Positions 15,575 to 28,981 of a stretch of DNA of 64,000 nt are shown one piece after another. This DNA is from Amoeboaphelidium protococcarum X5 (taxonomy: Eukaryota; Fungi; Aphelidiomycota), in NCBI GenBank assembly GCA_023515725.1, contig JALDTO010000154.1, positions 577,484 to 641,483 of the forward strand, written 5' to 3'. Positions within the stretch are counted from its first letter, which is position 1; each line of letters begins with the position of its first letter. Below the pieces are notes generated by a model. It searched no databases, was not told the DNA's origin, and saw only the letters and a list, made by a program, of their open reading frames with translations. The translations under genes and the position numbers were made by a program.

Positions 15575-17020
15575 ATGGAATTCAAGAAGGAATTAGCTAA
15601 TCAATTTTAGGATCTAATTGCTCAACATCATGGCAAACTATAGTCAGATGTATTGGTGTAATTGTGCTATATGATCAAGCGCGATCTCTTGTAATTGAAT
15701 AACCAGCACACTAAAGAGCTATTGAGATTTTCTGGATGGGAATTATTTAGACTAATCTGTAGTAGTACTCATTAATAGGCAATAATGTCTGCTGTTGATG
15801 TTGACTTATTACGCGACATTATACAATTATGCTACGAGTACACCAGTAAGAAAGAGTTTCTGATTGCGTGTATGGAAGTTTTACATTACTCTTCTAATCA
15901 GCAATTTTTAAATGATGCCCTTTTTAAATAGATTTTAGAGTTAACTGTTCAATGTGTCGAGTAATTACCAGCGAAGCCTCAAGTGAGATCATTGATGGAA
16001 CTATTAGAGCTACTTGGTACTTTGAATGGCCTCCAGTAATCATTTATGTTTTAAATGCTTTATAGAATATTCACTATTGCTGCTTAGAATTCTCTTGTTG
16101 AGTTTCAAAATTTAATTGTGCATTTTGTAAATGTCATAGAAGAGTTCGTTGAAGAGTGTCTGGTACTTGATTAATGCGACCAAGTCGATTTGTACCAGGA
16201 TATACTGCATAAAATTGATTAGATTATAGCAGTTCTTGATATAAACACGTCTTAGCTGGTAGAACGCGTTTAAGAAGGCAACTAACGCGCTGTGGGCTTT
16301 ATAATAACTAGGCTTGTTGTATTGAAACGGTTAAAGCTCTAATCTGATGATCCGCTGTGTATGGAAGTGTACTATCCATGCATGATGTCTTGCCTATAAG
16401 TTAGTCAAGATACTCCATCTGACCAATGGATGACATTCATGAATTCAGTCTTGGATTGTTCCATTGAATTACTTAATAAATAAGCTGATTATAGTCTTTG
16501 TATTATACCTGATTTAGACTGTCTGCACGGATAGATTCATTTCATGTCTCAGTGTCCTAATCCTTAGCTGAGACACCAATGCTTTTAGTAATTCCCTATT
16601 CTCTGTAATAAACTGAGTAAAGAACATCTTCTTGTGATGCTAAAGCTGTTACTCACTGACTGCCCATATGAGAACTTTAAAGTAGTCTCCCTGTAGTTGG
16701 TGAAGTAAGAATTCTCGAATGCTTTTAAATGTCCTAATTGCTTCCTTAGCGATGAAACGCGTGATATAATTAAGATGCTTACTCCACCATCTAATAGCGA
16801 AAACGTGTCATGGCATATACAATTTCTTAACTTTAACAGGTGGCTTCTGCTTACAGATCGGGAAATGGTGTTATATGATTCTGTCCTTGATCGATACTTG
16901 GAAAAGTTTTATCTCAATCCCTTGAAAAAGGACGTCTCAGATAAGAAATGGACTCATGAACCGCTGTTGGAGTATAATTTAAAAATGTTGTAAGATTTAA
17001 GATCTGACGTGTTTGGATGA
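15575..17020 (+). CDS. Helical protein of the glomulin/Ybp1/ALF4 family (probable)
   Basis: 481-aa frame with UAR=Gln; SGWELF, KEFLIACMEVL, FMSQCPNPQLRHQCF, LLTDCPYENFK resemble family motifs. Possible 5' intron 15523-15556. Confidence 0.65.
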
Positions 17021-17164
17021 TGTGTTAATCGAATACAGTCTCTTCAATTGTTTCAGCCTTCTTTACCCCTTTCATTTCACTCTTTGCCGCGTCGCTTCCT
17101 CAAAGCATTTGACTTTTACCACTCTTGTACGTATAGACAGACGGGTTTAAGTCAGTAAATCATA

Positions 17165-19237
17165 ATGTGGACTACTACTATATGCTTAATTTTGCTCATA
17201 ATATAAATATCTTAATGCTAGTCACTCCTCTTTTTAGATACGAAAATAAAGCTGAAATTGAATCACAGCGATGAATTAAATCTTGCAGAAGAAGAACTTT
17301 AAATTGCAGGTATTAGTAATTCATCCACAGACTCTGTTACAAATGGCGATCATTTACTATTCCAACATAAGTATTTATAATCTATTACTATTGATCATTT
17401 AATTAATTGCACTGATAAAGCCTTGGATTTGTTTTTGAATGAGAGTCTCTCGAATTACGCATTGAACAGTGATATTCTTCTTAAAAGTGTTTAATAACTG
17501 GCGTATGATGTATAAAAGTAGTACAAACTTAGATTTAATGACGATATTAGTGCTGAATAGAACAGACTGTAAGGTGATGGTGAGGCTGACGAAAAAGATA
17601 ATATTGTAGAAGGTGTAATTAAAGGTTTTGATAAGTCTGTTAGTCAGCTGGAAGATACAATACGGGATAAGTAGATGGAAGAAGGGACTAATATCGAGTC
17701 TGTGGAAACTGTTATTAAAATCAAAGAAGACTCCAGTAAAGATTCCATTGATTAACCTGATTATGAAGAGTCTATGTCAGATGATTAATCATCTACTAAC
17801 GCGTAACTATCGAGTACCAATAATGATAATATATCATCTGCGAATGATGAAAGTCAATCAGTAGACGCGCTGAAAGCTGGATAGTCAGGCAAAACTATAA
17901 AACATACATCACCCAAGCATAAAGTGGCAAGCACGTTGATCGATTCATCTAATGATTAATATGTTCTTAGTCGGACGAGTAATCCTACCGAGCACATTCT
18001 TGATATGCGACTGTATTATGATTTGATTTATCTGAGTGTTGGTGCATTCATCGGAGGACTAGTGTTTGATCTATTGAAGCTACCATCATTTTTTGGATAT
18101 ATTCTCACGGGTATAGTCCTCGGTCCTACCACTTCTAACAAGATAAAATCTCTGGTGTAGATTGAAACTATTGCTTAGATCGGCGTGCTCTTCATCATGT
18201 ACGCACTGGGAACAGAGTTTTCAGTTGATAAAATACGGAAACATTGGCGAATAACTGCTTTGGGTGGATCTTTATTTACACTGTTCTTGATAACGATATC
18301 TGTTCTGCTTGGATCTGTGGTTGGACTTCCCGTCACGTAATCTGTGTTAATTGGTAGTTTGATTTCACTATCCAGTACCACCGTTCTACTTAAATGCATT
18401 GGTGGGCTGACTGAAACGATTCTGGGATAATCAGCCGTGGGTATTCTAGTGTTGTAAGATATGGCTCTAGGCCTTTTACTTGCTGTAATGCCGGCTCTCA
18501 CTTAGCCGGTATCATGGGCTTTCGCCTCGAGCATGTTGAAAGCATTTATATCCACAGTGTTAATGATGATTGTCAGCTGGGTCATTGGTCGATGGGTGTT
18601 ACAGCCTGTAATGCGAGTACTCCGCCAGCGATTGTCAGAAGAGCTCTCACTTCTCTCTCATGTGGCTGTTTGTTTCTCCTTTGTTCTCGTAGCTGAGTAC
18701 TTTGACTTGTCCACAGAGGTGGCTGTTTTTATGGCTGGGGTATCTGTGACTAGTCATAATCATACATCATCATTATCATCGATGGTGAGATAAGAAAACA
18801 CTGGTATTGACGCTATCAGAGATTATTTTGCAGCATTGTTCTTCTGTACTCTGGGCTTGCACATATATCCTCAGTTTCTTATTGATCAGGCACCTCTTCT
18901 CATTTTGATGACTGTGATTCTGATGGCTTGTAAGACTATGTGTATGTTCCTATCACTTCATCTCTGTTTGAAAATAAATCCTAAGCTGAGCCTTCAACTT
19001 GGGCTGGGATTGAGTCAGGTTAGTGAATTTGCTTTTATAGTTGCGTCAAGGGCGAAATCGATGGATATTTTGAGCCGTGATTTATATTATGCAATTCTTG
19101 GTACGACATCAATTAGTCTACTGCTGACGCCCTTTGTGTGGAAGGTGATCAAGAGCTCTTACAAGCTCAATGTCCCAATGCAGAACACGTCAAAGAATCA
19201 CGTCTAAGATGACCACTAAGACGCGCATCTCTATTGA
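17165..19237 (+). CDS. CPA2 K+/H+ antiporter, KEA4-6/TMCO3-like, with signal peptide
   Basis: Signal peptide and acidic lumenal region, then TLIDSSNDQYVLSR, GYILTGIVLGP, V(TAG)IETIA(TAG)IGVLF, SLSSTTVL, GLSQVSEFAFIVASRA. Confidence 0.9.
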
Positions 19238-19335
19238 AAATTCGATAAAATTACTATACTGTAAATTGTTTCCCAAAATTTTGATTTATTTAATTTTTAT
19301 TACACTCCAAAGAGTCCATTAATTCGACAGAGGCA

Positions 19336-19866
19336 GAGGACTAGGCGAGCACAAAGGCTCTCAACGTCGCTGAGGCCCCGGAGACGAAGGCGCAGTATCA
19401 CGAGGCCACTAAAATGGCTAAGGCCTAAGAAAAGGCGGTGGTGGTGGAGGAGGAGTTTCTGTTGAGATTAGCGTTGACACAGACAACGGTGATGGTATTT
19501 ACGGCGACGGATGAGGACTAGGCGGACGCAAAGGCTCTTAAGGACGCTGAGGCCCCGGAGACGAAGGCGCAGTATCACGAGGCCACTAAAATGGCTAAGG
19601 CCTAAGAAAAGGCGGTGGTGGTGGAGGAGGAGTTTCTGTTGAGATTAGCGTTGACACAGACAACGGTGATGGTATTTACGGCGACGGATGAGGACTAGGC
19701 GGACGCAAAGGCTCTTAAGGACGCTGAGGCCCCGGAGACGAAGGCGCAGTATCACGAGGCCACTAAAATGGCTAAGGCCTAAGAAAAGGCGGTGGTGGTG
19801 GAGGAGGAGTTTCTGTTGAGATTAGCGTTGACACAGACAACGGTGATGGCAGTAACGGCGACGGGC
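19336..19866. repeat. Three tandem 177-bp coding repeats
   Basis: GAGGACTAGGCG recurs at 19336, 19513 and 19690 (period 177 bp = 59 codons); copies are near-identical. Confidence 0.97.
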
Positions 19867-20059
19867 GCAATGGCTTTTTGGGACGCGGCCGAGGAGGCTT
19901 AGGCTTAGGCGGGAGAGACGTTTCTGTTGAGATCATAGTTGTCACTGAGGTCGTTAATGATGATTTAGCAATTCTCCTTTATCCTTTCTGTTCCAGCTAC
20001 CTATCAGCAAGAGTTGTTATAATCGCGCATAACAGTGACAATAGTAAAAACTTATTCAT
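19361..20059 (-). CDS. Secreted Pro-rich tandem-repeat protein, 232 aa
   Basis: Signal MNKFLLLSLLCAIITTLAD followed by 59-aa repeats (LISTETPPPPPPPFLRPQPFQWPRDTAPSSPGPQRPQEPLRPPSPHPSPQIPSPLSVST); TGA stop inside the last copy. Confidence 0.8.
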
Positions 20060-20194
20060 TTCAATATTACTGCAATATTTTGGTATAATTTGAGTTGAGA
20101 GATAAGGAAAAGAGGATCGATGAAACTTACTGCAATTCCGTCCAGGATTGTGATACGTATAGTCCCAAGATTTGATTAGTAGTTGAGCGATTGA

Positions 20195-20204
20195 ACCAAT
20201 CAGA
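20195..20204. promoter_or_regulatory. CCAAT-box-like motif ACCAATCAGA upstream of secreted gene 19361-20059
   Basis: Identical 10-mer also at 20919 and 28567, each about 110-145 bp upstream of a related secreted gene. Confidence 0.55.
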
Positions 20205-20367
20205 ACAATGGCATATATGTATAAAACCTCTTCAAAGAATCTCCAAAATGACTAACAAGCCACATATCTTTATCAATAGCAGTATGAAAAAAGGTGGCAT
20301 TCATGATAACTAGTGTTAGAAATATGGAATATCTTTATTTTACTTTCAATAAGTGTCAATTTTGACC

Positions 20368-20775
20368 TCAGTTTTTTTATGTATCAGGACTTAAATAACT
20401 TATATTTAGTGTTGCCTCATTAGGTCCTTTTGGGACAGACTCGCGAGATCCAGGTGTCTCTGGTTAATGATACCAGAAGGGAGGCGATGAGTTAGATGGA
20501 GGAGGAGAGGGTATTTCAATTGGCGGGAGAGGACGATGACGGCGATATGGTGGCTTTAGAGGATTAGGAATTTGACCACCTTTTGAAGGCGTACGAGGTA
20601 AACGTGGTCGCCAATAAGTAGGAACTGAAAAGGGGGAAGGATTCAGCGGCGTCTCTGTTGAGATCAGCCTTGGAACAGACTTAGTCATTGATAATGCCCT
20701 GGTCTCTCCTTGCTACGGATCAGCTAGAGTTGAAACAATCGCGTAGAGCAGAGATAGTAACACAAGTCTGTTCAT
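20368..20775 (-). CDS. Secreted Pro-rich protein, 135 aa, paralogue of 19361-20059
   Basis: Signal MNRLVLLSLLYAIVSTLAD, shared LISTETP motif, Pro/Arg-rich body, ends at TGA. Confidence 0.75.
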
Positions 20776-20918
20776 TTCCAGTTTGTCACGCCAATACACA
20801 GTGTGATACAGGATGATTCAGTGTTGAATATAAAGGAATTCAATTGAATGTCGTATCACGCTATTATGCAGCCAATATTGGTGAAACGTTTTGTATAAGA
20901 TTAGAATTTTACAATGGC

Positions 20919-20928
20919 ACCAATCAGA
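20919..20928. promoter_or_regulatory. CCAAT-box-like motif ACCAATCAGA upstream of 20368-20775
   Basis: Same 10-mer, overlapping ACAATGGCA, which also lies next to the 20195 copy. Confidence 0.55.
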
Positions 20929-21100
20929 GCGATGCCAAGGCTTTATTGATACCTGGAGTTATGGGACTACAGCAATTAACAATAATATAATCATATCACA
21001 AGAGAGAGGCTATACTAAACCCGGGGGATGACCCTACAAATAAAATGCTGCATATATCAAAGCTAAAATTTATTTAGAAACTACTGAAGATTCAACCATC

Positions 21101-22951
<1,851 letters not shown>

Positions 22952-23350
22952 TGTTAAAGTGTGTATACAGTACTTCACTGCTGTTATGAAAAGGATATTA
23001 CGAAATTAATAACTTGAAATTCAGTAAGGAAAGACAAAAGAAAGAGCGAACGAATTACGTCACAACGAGCTGTTTCGTCCGTTTGATTTTTCCCTCGCTC
23101 GTGTGACCTTCAAAGCCTTTTCATTGCACGTCTGTGTCTCTGCTGGCAACGAGGTGGGTAATTCCTGGCCTTGCTGGGCGGAAGCTTATATTGGGAGCAC
23201 ACTATTTCGGTAATTGTTAGACGAGTGGAATGTGTCGAAGGTTATTAGTAGAGTTGAGTTCATCAAGGAGTGATCAAGGAGACGCGCCTCTTTCCCAGAG
23301 TGACCGATTAACATGACTTTTAGTGAATATTATGAGTGAATAAAATAGTA

Positions 23351-24734
23351 ATGGAAGCTGTGTCTTCTCTCCGAGCTTGTATGCTCATCGGGGCTGTGTT
23401 TCCCAATCTTCTGGTGTCCTCACTGCTGTGTTCAGTGACCCACCTAACACCTGACAATTTTGGCACTGGAAATTCATACTATCTGGTGGAATTCCTTAAA
23501 TATGTCGCCACACTGGCACCTGTTAGTCTTACTAACGTCTTTCTGGCGTGCATTGGAACCCAGTAAGAGGACGGAAGAGTCGTCAATGGCCTAAATGTAG
23601 TCTGTGCATAGGACATTTGTCTATGCGATGGAGACTGGCCAGTCGACGACAATCAGTACACCCATCTGATGCGATTTTTGTACAGAATGGCATATGGCAT
23701 TCTATACAGAAGGGTCACTGGCAACAACTTGAGCAGAAATTTTACTTCTGACAGCCATCACGTTGTGGCTTACTAGCATGAATTTCAGCAATCCTCCTTT
23801 AACCTCCCATAGCAATCCTCTTCTAGCGTCAGATAGCAATCATCATCTCGCATCCCATAGCAATCCTCCTCTCGACATCCTTGCGACCATCCTGCATGCG
23901 GCGCTGTGTTCAACTCTGCAACTGAGTATAAAGCTCACGTTGCGCAACACTAGTAGAAAGTTGACAAGCCATTTTTTGCCCGGAGAAGAATTGTGACAAG
24001 GCTTACGTCGACAAATGGCATCTAACTCGTCATTGGGATGAAAAGCACGATCCAGACCGTAATAAAAAATTGATCTGCGAGATGTGTAAACACACCTTTG
24101 TGCGTAAGTCGACTTTCTAGGTGCATGTCGCGAGAAAAACCAGTGGCGCAAATTGCTGCAAGTGCCAACAGTAATTCGTAGTCGTCCATTGGTGGCACAT
24201 TTTCTTCCCCAGAAGATCAAACTGTTGTCATTTTAGACTCAAAGTACGCCATCTTGGTAATTGGTTTAGTCGATGACGTCTGTTTCCAGACTGTTGATAA
24301 GTAAGCTGCTAGTTGCGCCTCTGAACGCGGAATTAAAAGTATTGAAGCAGCTGTGTTTACTTACAGGTATGGTTCTGACTCCAGCAGATGTAAAGAACAA
24401 GGGATCTATGTTGAAGGTAGTTGAGGCAAAACTACGCTTCCAATAGCTGGATAAGTTTGGTCTTGGTAAGAATAACATATATGGCAAAGTATCCGTGTTT
24501 GAATTCTACCCTCGTAACTAGATTGATGATTTAGAGGATTTATAAAAGTAATCTGCAGTTTTCAATGGACTCATATTTGGCTAAGAGAAGCTCTCACTGA
24601 AGTACGCGTTATAAGTCAAACCTTTTATTAATTATCATAAGTTTCATTTCTATCATACCCATTTCATCATTGCCAGCTTCTTAGTTGGCCAAGTAGCTGC
24701 CCAGCTCAGATTTGTGACAGACGCCGACTATTGA
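23351..24734 (+). pseudogene. Frameshifted C2H2 zinc-finger gene (probable pseudogene or assembly indels)
   Basis: Finger 1 (CDHPACGAVF...HVAQH) is in frame. Fingers 2-3 (CPEKNCDKAY...HLTRHWDEKH; CEMCKHTFVRKSTFQVH) need a -1 shift in the T6 run at 23972-23977, and a further shift is needed near 24125. Confidence 0.6.
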
Positions 24735-25288
24735 GATAATACATCAGCTAAGACGTTGGCTTACGATTGCTGGGAATCAACCGAACTCGACCACAAACAA
24801 ACTTTACGACAATTACAGTGATCCGACTTGGTATTGACTCAAAGATGCAGAAATATCAAACAACTTCAGCGCTGACGTTGGTTTCGCTGCAATCAAATGG
24901 CGCACCTCCACTTTTCGGTCTAATCTCGTATCGCCAACTTTCCTGCCGCACCTGTCATCAGACTTCAACTTACACTTTCCCGACCTGTCTTTTGTCTGCA
25001 CCAACACATCACAAAGGTGGTTCGGTTATCCAGAATCTAGTCTGTGCACAGCTATAATCTCTTCAGGGACACGAACTCTTTTGCACACAATTCGTTTAGC
25101 TACAGATGGATTCATCGTAGAAGAGTCTAGATGTGAAGGACTATTTGAATCAAGATTGGATAAGAAGAGTCGCCAAGCGAGTTACAGCAACATGGCGTAT
25201 ATGCGCAATGATTAGCAAGATAAATATAATTTTCTTAAATTTATTACAAAAATAACATGCATTTCGATTTCATAATTTCACCGATTCT

Positions 25289-25555
25289 TCAGTCTAGCTT
25301 AGGAGGTCGAACATCCCAGGCAGGACGATTAGACTCCATGTTCTACTTGAGCATTAATCCAATCAGTTCTGATTATGACATTTTACCTTCGCGTTTTCGC
25401 TGCAAGTCTTGCTTTGTGATATCAGCCTGTCGCTCTCTAGGCAGACTCTTTACATATTACTCATCAGATGGTGTCATTGTTTTCATTATTCCATAACCAC
25501 CAATAATTGGAATTACAAGATATAGTATTCTAGGTACATGTAAATTGGGAGCCAT
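25289..25555 (-). CDS. CBP4: Complex III assembly factor Cbp4/UQCC3-like, 88 aa
   Basis: TM segment ending GGYGIMKTMTPSDEQYVKSLP and C-terminal MESNRPAW match the Cbp4 pattern; missing from the ORF track because of UAR codons. Confidence 0.7.
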
Positions 25556-25889
25556 TCTTCTAATTGTAATGACGCTTATAATCAAAAGCTGACGTCTCGC
25601 GTTTAGGAAGAATAGCGAAAAGTCAGAAGACGATGATGAACTAGGGATTGATTGAGAGATGAAGTGATCATCATCATAAGGCAGTCACCATGGTAAAGAA
25701 GTAACGAATATGTTATTGGATTGATTATTTAGCTGCAGTATCCATAGTTGAAGCAACTTAATAAAGTATGAGATCGTGACTTTTCATTTGGCATGATTAC
25801 ATAGCAGTTGAAATGTACTCATTGGTACGATTCACCTGATCTTCCATTCTTTAATACTGATTAGAAATCAAATTAAACGAAGATCTGAT

Positions 25890-26870
25890 ATGAGCGAAAT
25901 CAGCAGTCAAGATAGTTTACAGTCAACCAAGATATTTGCAAGAAAAAGTCATACATCTAGATCGCTACCTCTTACGGAAGGTGAGTAGATTCTCGAATAG
26001 CGTCCCGATGTTGAGCGCGTTGAGAAGTATATCTGTGATGACTCCGTGTACATGTAATACTGGAAAGCCGCGAAAGAATTGGATTGCGGCAAAGTGATTA
26101 TATTTGTTGCTGGTATGGGCGATTACGGCGGTAGATTTGCTCACAGAGCTTAGGTGTACTTGGATGCCGGATTCACGGTAGTGGCATATGATCATCCTGG
26201 CACTGGTCGCAGCGATGGTCTGCACGGTTACATTGAATCTATGGATGTGCTGACCAACACTTTGCACCATGTATTTCTTGAAACAATTAAAGATCTACCT
26301 GACCGCAAATATTATCTATTGTCTGCCTCGATGGGCGGTTTGATATCGCTGCTGTACACTTTAAAGCGGAAAGAGTTGATTCCCGTCTCATCTGCAGATC
26401 TATCCGGTATGGTGTTATTGTGTCCCCTGATTAGATCTCATCCCGCGTCTACACCCAACTCTGTATTGAAGTATGCAGCATACGTACTCAGATATCTGGC
26501 GCCGACTCTCGCTGCTTCGCCTGCGAATAAAGGTAAAAATCATGTTGATCCATCTGTGGAGGAAAGATTCAAGGCGGATGTTGGTACTTATACAGGTTGG
26601 CTTCGCGTTGGCACCGGAATGTCTCTCCTCGAAGGAATGACTGAACTGTAATCGAAATTAGAAGATATTGATGTTCCATTTCTCGCATGCCATGGATTGA
26701 ATGATTTAGTCACGGATGTTGAGGGATCTAAAGAGCTTGTTAGAAGATGTGCACGCCTGTCAGACGCGTAAAAGTCGATCATTCTATATGAGAATGGTGA
26801 TCATGTTCTCTGGATCGGAGCAGGTGAGCGCTGCCTGTAAGATTCTTTGAACTGGTTCTAGTAAAAGTGA
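25890..26870 (+). CDS. Alpha/beta hydrolase, monoacylglycerol lipase/lysophospholipase (Hydrolase_4) family
   Basis: AYDHPGTGRSDGLHGYI, nucleophile elbow SASMGG, LRVGTG, HGLNDLVTD (Asp), GDHVL (His). Confidence 0.9.
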
Positions 26871-26965
26871 TTTACTGACTAGAACAGTGGGTACTCTAAA
26901 AGAATTCATTAATAATAGGATCGATCAAGTAGTTTACGAATGATTATTGGCTATTTTAACATCAT

Positions 26966-28456
26966 TCACCGTTTTCTAAACCAGACATCATCGACTTTAC
27001 GTTTACGACCAAGGCGATCTAGAAAGTCACTCTTCTAGTAGTGACCTATACCGTCTTAATTATCTTCTGGCGTGTCAATATAATCAGCCACATTAATGGC
27101 TTATACATCTCCCAAATCTTCAAGTACACGTACATTGCTATCACTGATGAATCCTAGATCAGAGCCAATCTGCTTCAGACACTCTCTTAATTTATCAGTA
27201 TCTACATAGGTGCCAATCATGTCAATGTAAAGATTACCACATATTGGTGACAATTCGGACACGAGCATTTTCAAAGCTTCAAAGCCATTACGTGCCTAGT
27301 ATGGCTTCTTGGTGAGAGGACTTATTGTTCTATCGCCAAACACCTCCTGGCTATCAATGACCCCGTTTTAATTAGTATCAGACATTGCTAACATCTTGTC
27401 GCCATCAGTGGCCGCACCAACATGCTGATCAATGTCTTCATGATTAAATGAAATGCCAACACCACGCTTGGCACTAACAACACCATCATTATTTAAATCA
27501 AACACCAGAGGGCTACATCTTTTATTGGGACGATTCGGACAATATCCCTGACTAGATGGACGTCGCGATGGCGGTGGTAGTGAAGGGGGAGAAGGAGTTG
27601 GAGGTGGTGGAGTTGATATAGGAGTTGGCGGCTTAACAGGCGGCGGAGTTGCAGTAGGAGGCTTAACAGGAGAAGTTGGTGTCGGAGCAGGAGGTATAGC
27701 AGGTGGTGGAGTAGGAGTTGGTGTCGGAGCAGGAGGTTTAGTAGGTGGTGGAGTAGGAGTTGGTGTCGGAGCAGGAGGTTTAGCAGGTGGTGGAGTTGGT
27801 GTCGGAGCAGGAGGCTTAACAGGCGGCGGAGTTGCAGTAGGAGGCTTAACAGGAGGAGTTGATGTCGGAGCAGGAGGAATAACCGGCGGTGGTGGAGTTA
27901 CTGGTGGGATTCCAGGTGTCTATGTAGTGGTTGTATAAATAGTAGATGTAGTTGCAGTAGTGGTCAAAATTTTAGTAGAAGACTACTTTGAGGATACTAT
28001 AGTGCTCGTTAGGACGGTCGTTGAGGATGCGCGACTTGATGATGTTCCCGGAGTACTCAGAGTGTTCACTTATTTAGTAGCGCTTGTGTTGGAAGAATAT
28101 ATTCTGGTAGAGGCGGAGATAGAATTTATCACATCAGTGGATGTGGTAGAGCAGTCAGAAGAAGTCTATACAGCTGGAGGTTTAATCGTGGTTGATGCCA
28201 CAGTAGTGCAAGGGGTTGTTTCAGCAGTAATAGACGCAGTGGTCGAGCTGTCACTTGATTATGGGGTTTAAATCACAGTTGTAAGCAAGCTACTATCAGT
28301 ACAGGATGATACAGTCAGCGCGACAGTAGAAAACGGGCACGGTGTGCCACTAACCGGACGCAATCTACACTTGACCACTTCCGCCGTCTACTATTGCTGA
28401 TCGGCAAAAGTTAAAGCAATCGCGCTAAGCAGTTTCAAAATCACAAACTTATTCAT
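26966..28456 (-). CDS. Secreted protein, 496 aa: signal peptide, Thr/Ser-rich and Pro-rich stalk, C-terminal FrpC self-processing-module-like Ca2+-binding domain
   Basis: Single frame with UAR=Gln: MNKFVILKLLSAIALTFAD, T/S-rich region, PPAPTP repeats, then CSPLVFDLNNDG...MLAMSDTNQNGVIDSQEVFGDRT...ARNGFEALK...LEDLGDVQAINV...RKVDDVWF-RKR-TGA. Confidence 0.85.
27590..27900 (-). repeat. Imperfect Pro-rich coding repeats (PPAPTP / PPVKPP), extensin/mucin-like
   Basis: Recurrent GGTGTCGGAGCAGGAGG and GGCTTAACAGG units on the + strand. Confidence 0.9.
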
Positions 28457-28566
28457 CGCACCACTATGTCTTAAACTTAAAGAATAATTGTAATGAGAGA
28501 AAGATATAGCTCATACAATGCGATTAGACATAGTGCCAAGATCAGTCAGACTTCTCATATGTACCG

Positions 28567-28576
28567 ACCAATCAGA
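28567..28576. promoter_or_regulatory. CCAAT-box-like motif ACCAATCAGA upstream of 26966-28456
   Basis: Third copy of the 10-mer, 111 bp upstream of the ATG at 28456. Confidence 0.55.
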
Positions 28577-28981
28577 GCTGACAGCCGAGTGCCTTTGTGC
28601 GACAGAGATTGGATGGTGAAACGTTACACGAATCTCAGGTCTCAAAAGAATATCAGTTCAGTAATACAAACGCCTGTTGGAATTATGAATGTATTCCTGG
28701 CTGCATAACAATTTACTGACGATCGCGGAGAGTAAGTATAGTGCAAAAGTCCTCGTTAAAACTTAGTACCAAGTGCAAGACGTTAAGAACAGTCGGCAAG
28801 AACATTTGAACAAATCACAATCAACTCACTTCTCATTCTAGTCATCAGCACTTTTTCCATCAGTATACTAATCAATTATTAAGCCAACACCTCCATAATG
28901 CTCACTGTTAATTAAAAATCGCCATAAGATATCCGTCTAATCATCTTCATTATAGTTCCGTTCCTGAAGCAGTGTTTTAAC

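Noticed and set aside
19336-19866. CRISPR-like array
   Set aside because: Contiguous 177-bp units with no unique spacers, a multiple of 3, inside a eukaryotic signal-peptide ORF; no cas genes.
23968-23982. Programmed -1 ribosomal frameshift in the zinc-finger gene
   Set aside because: A-TTT-TTT is not a proper in-frame X-XXY-YYZ heptamer, and further lesions downstream favour decay or sequencing error.
26966-27520. Bacterial contamination as the source of the SPM-like domain
   Set aside because: The domain contains in-frame TAA/TAG Gln codons, is fused to a host-family signal peptide and is flanked by host genes.
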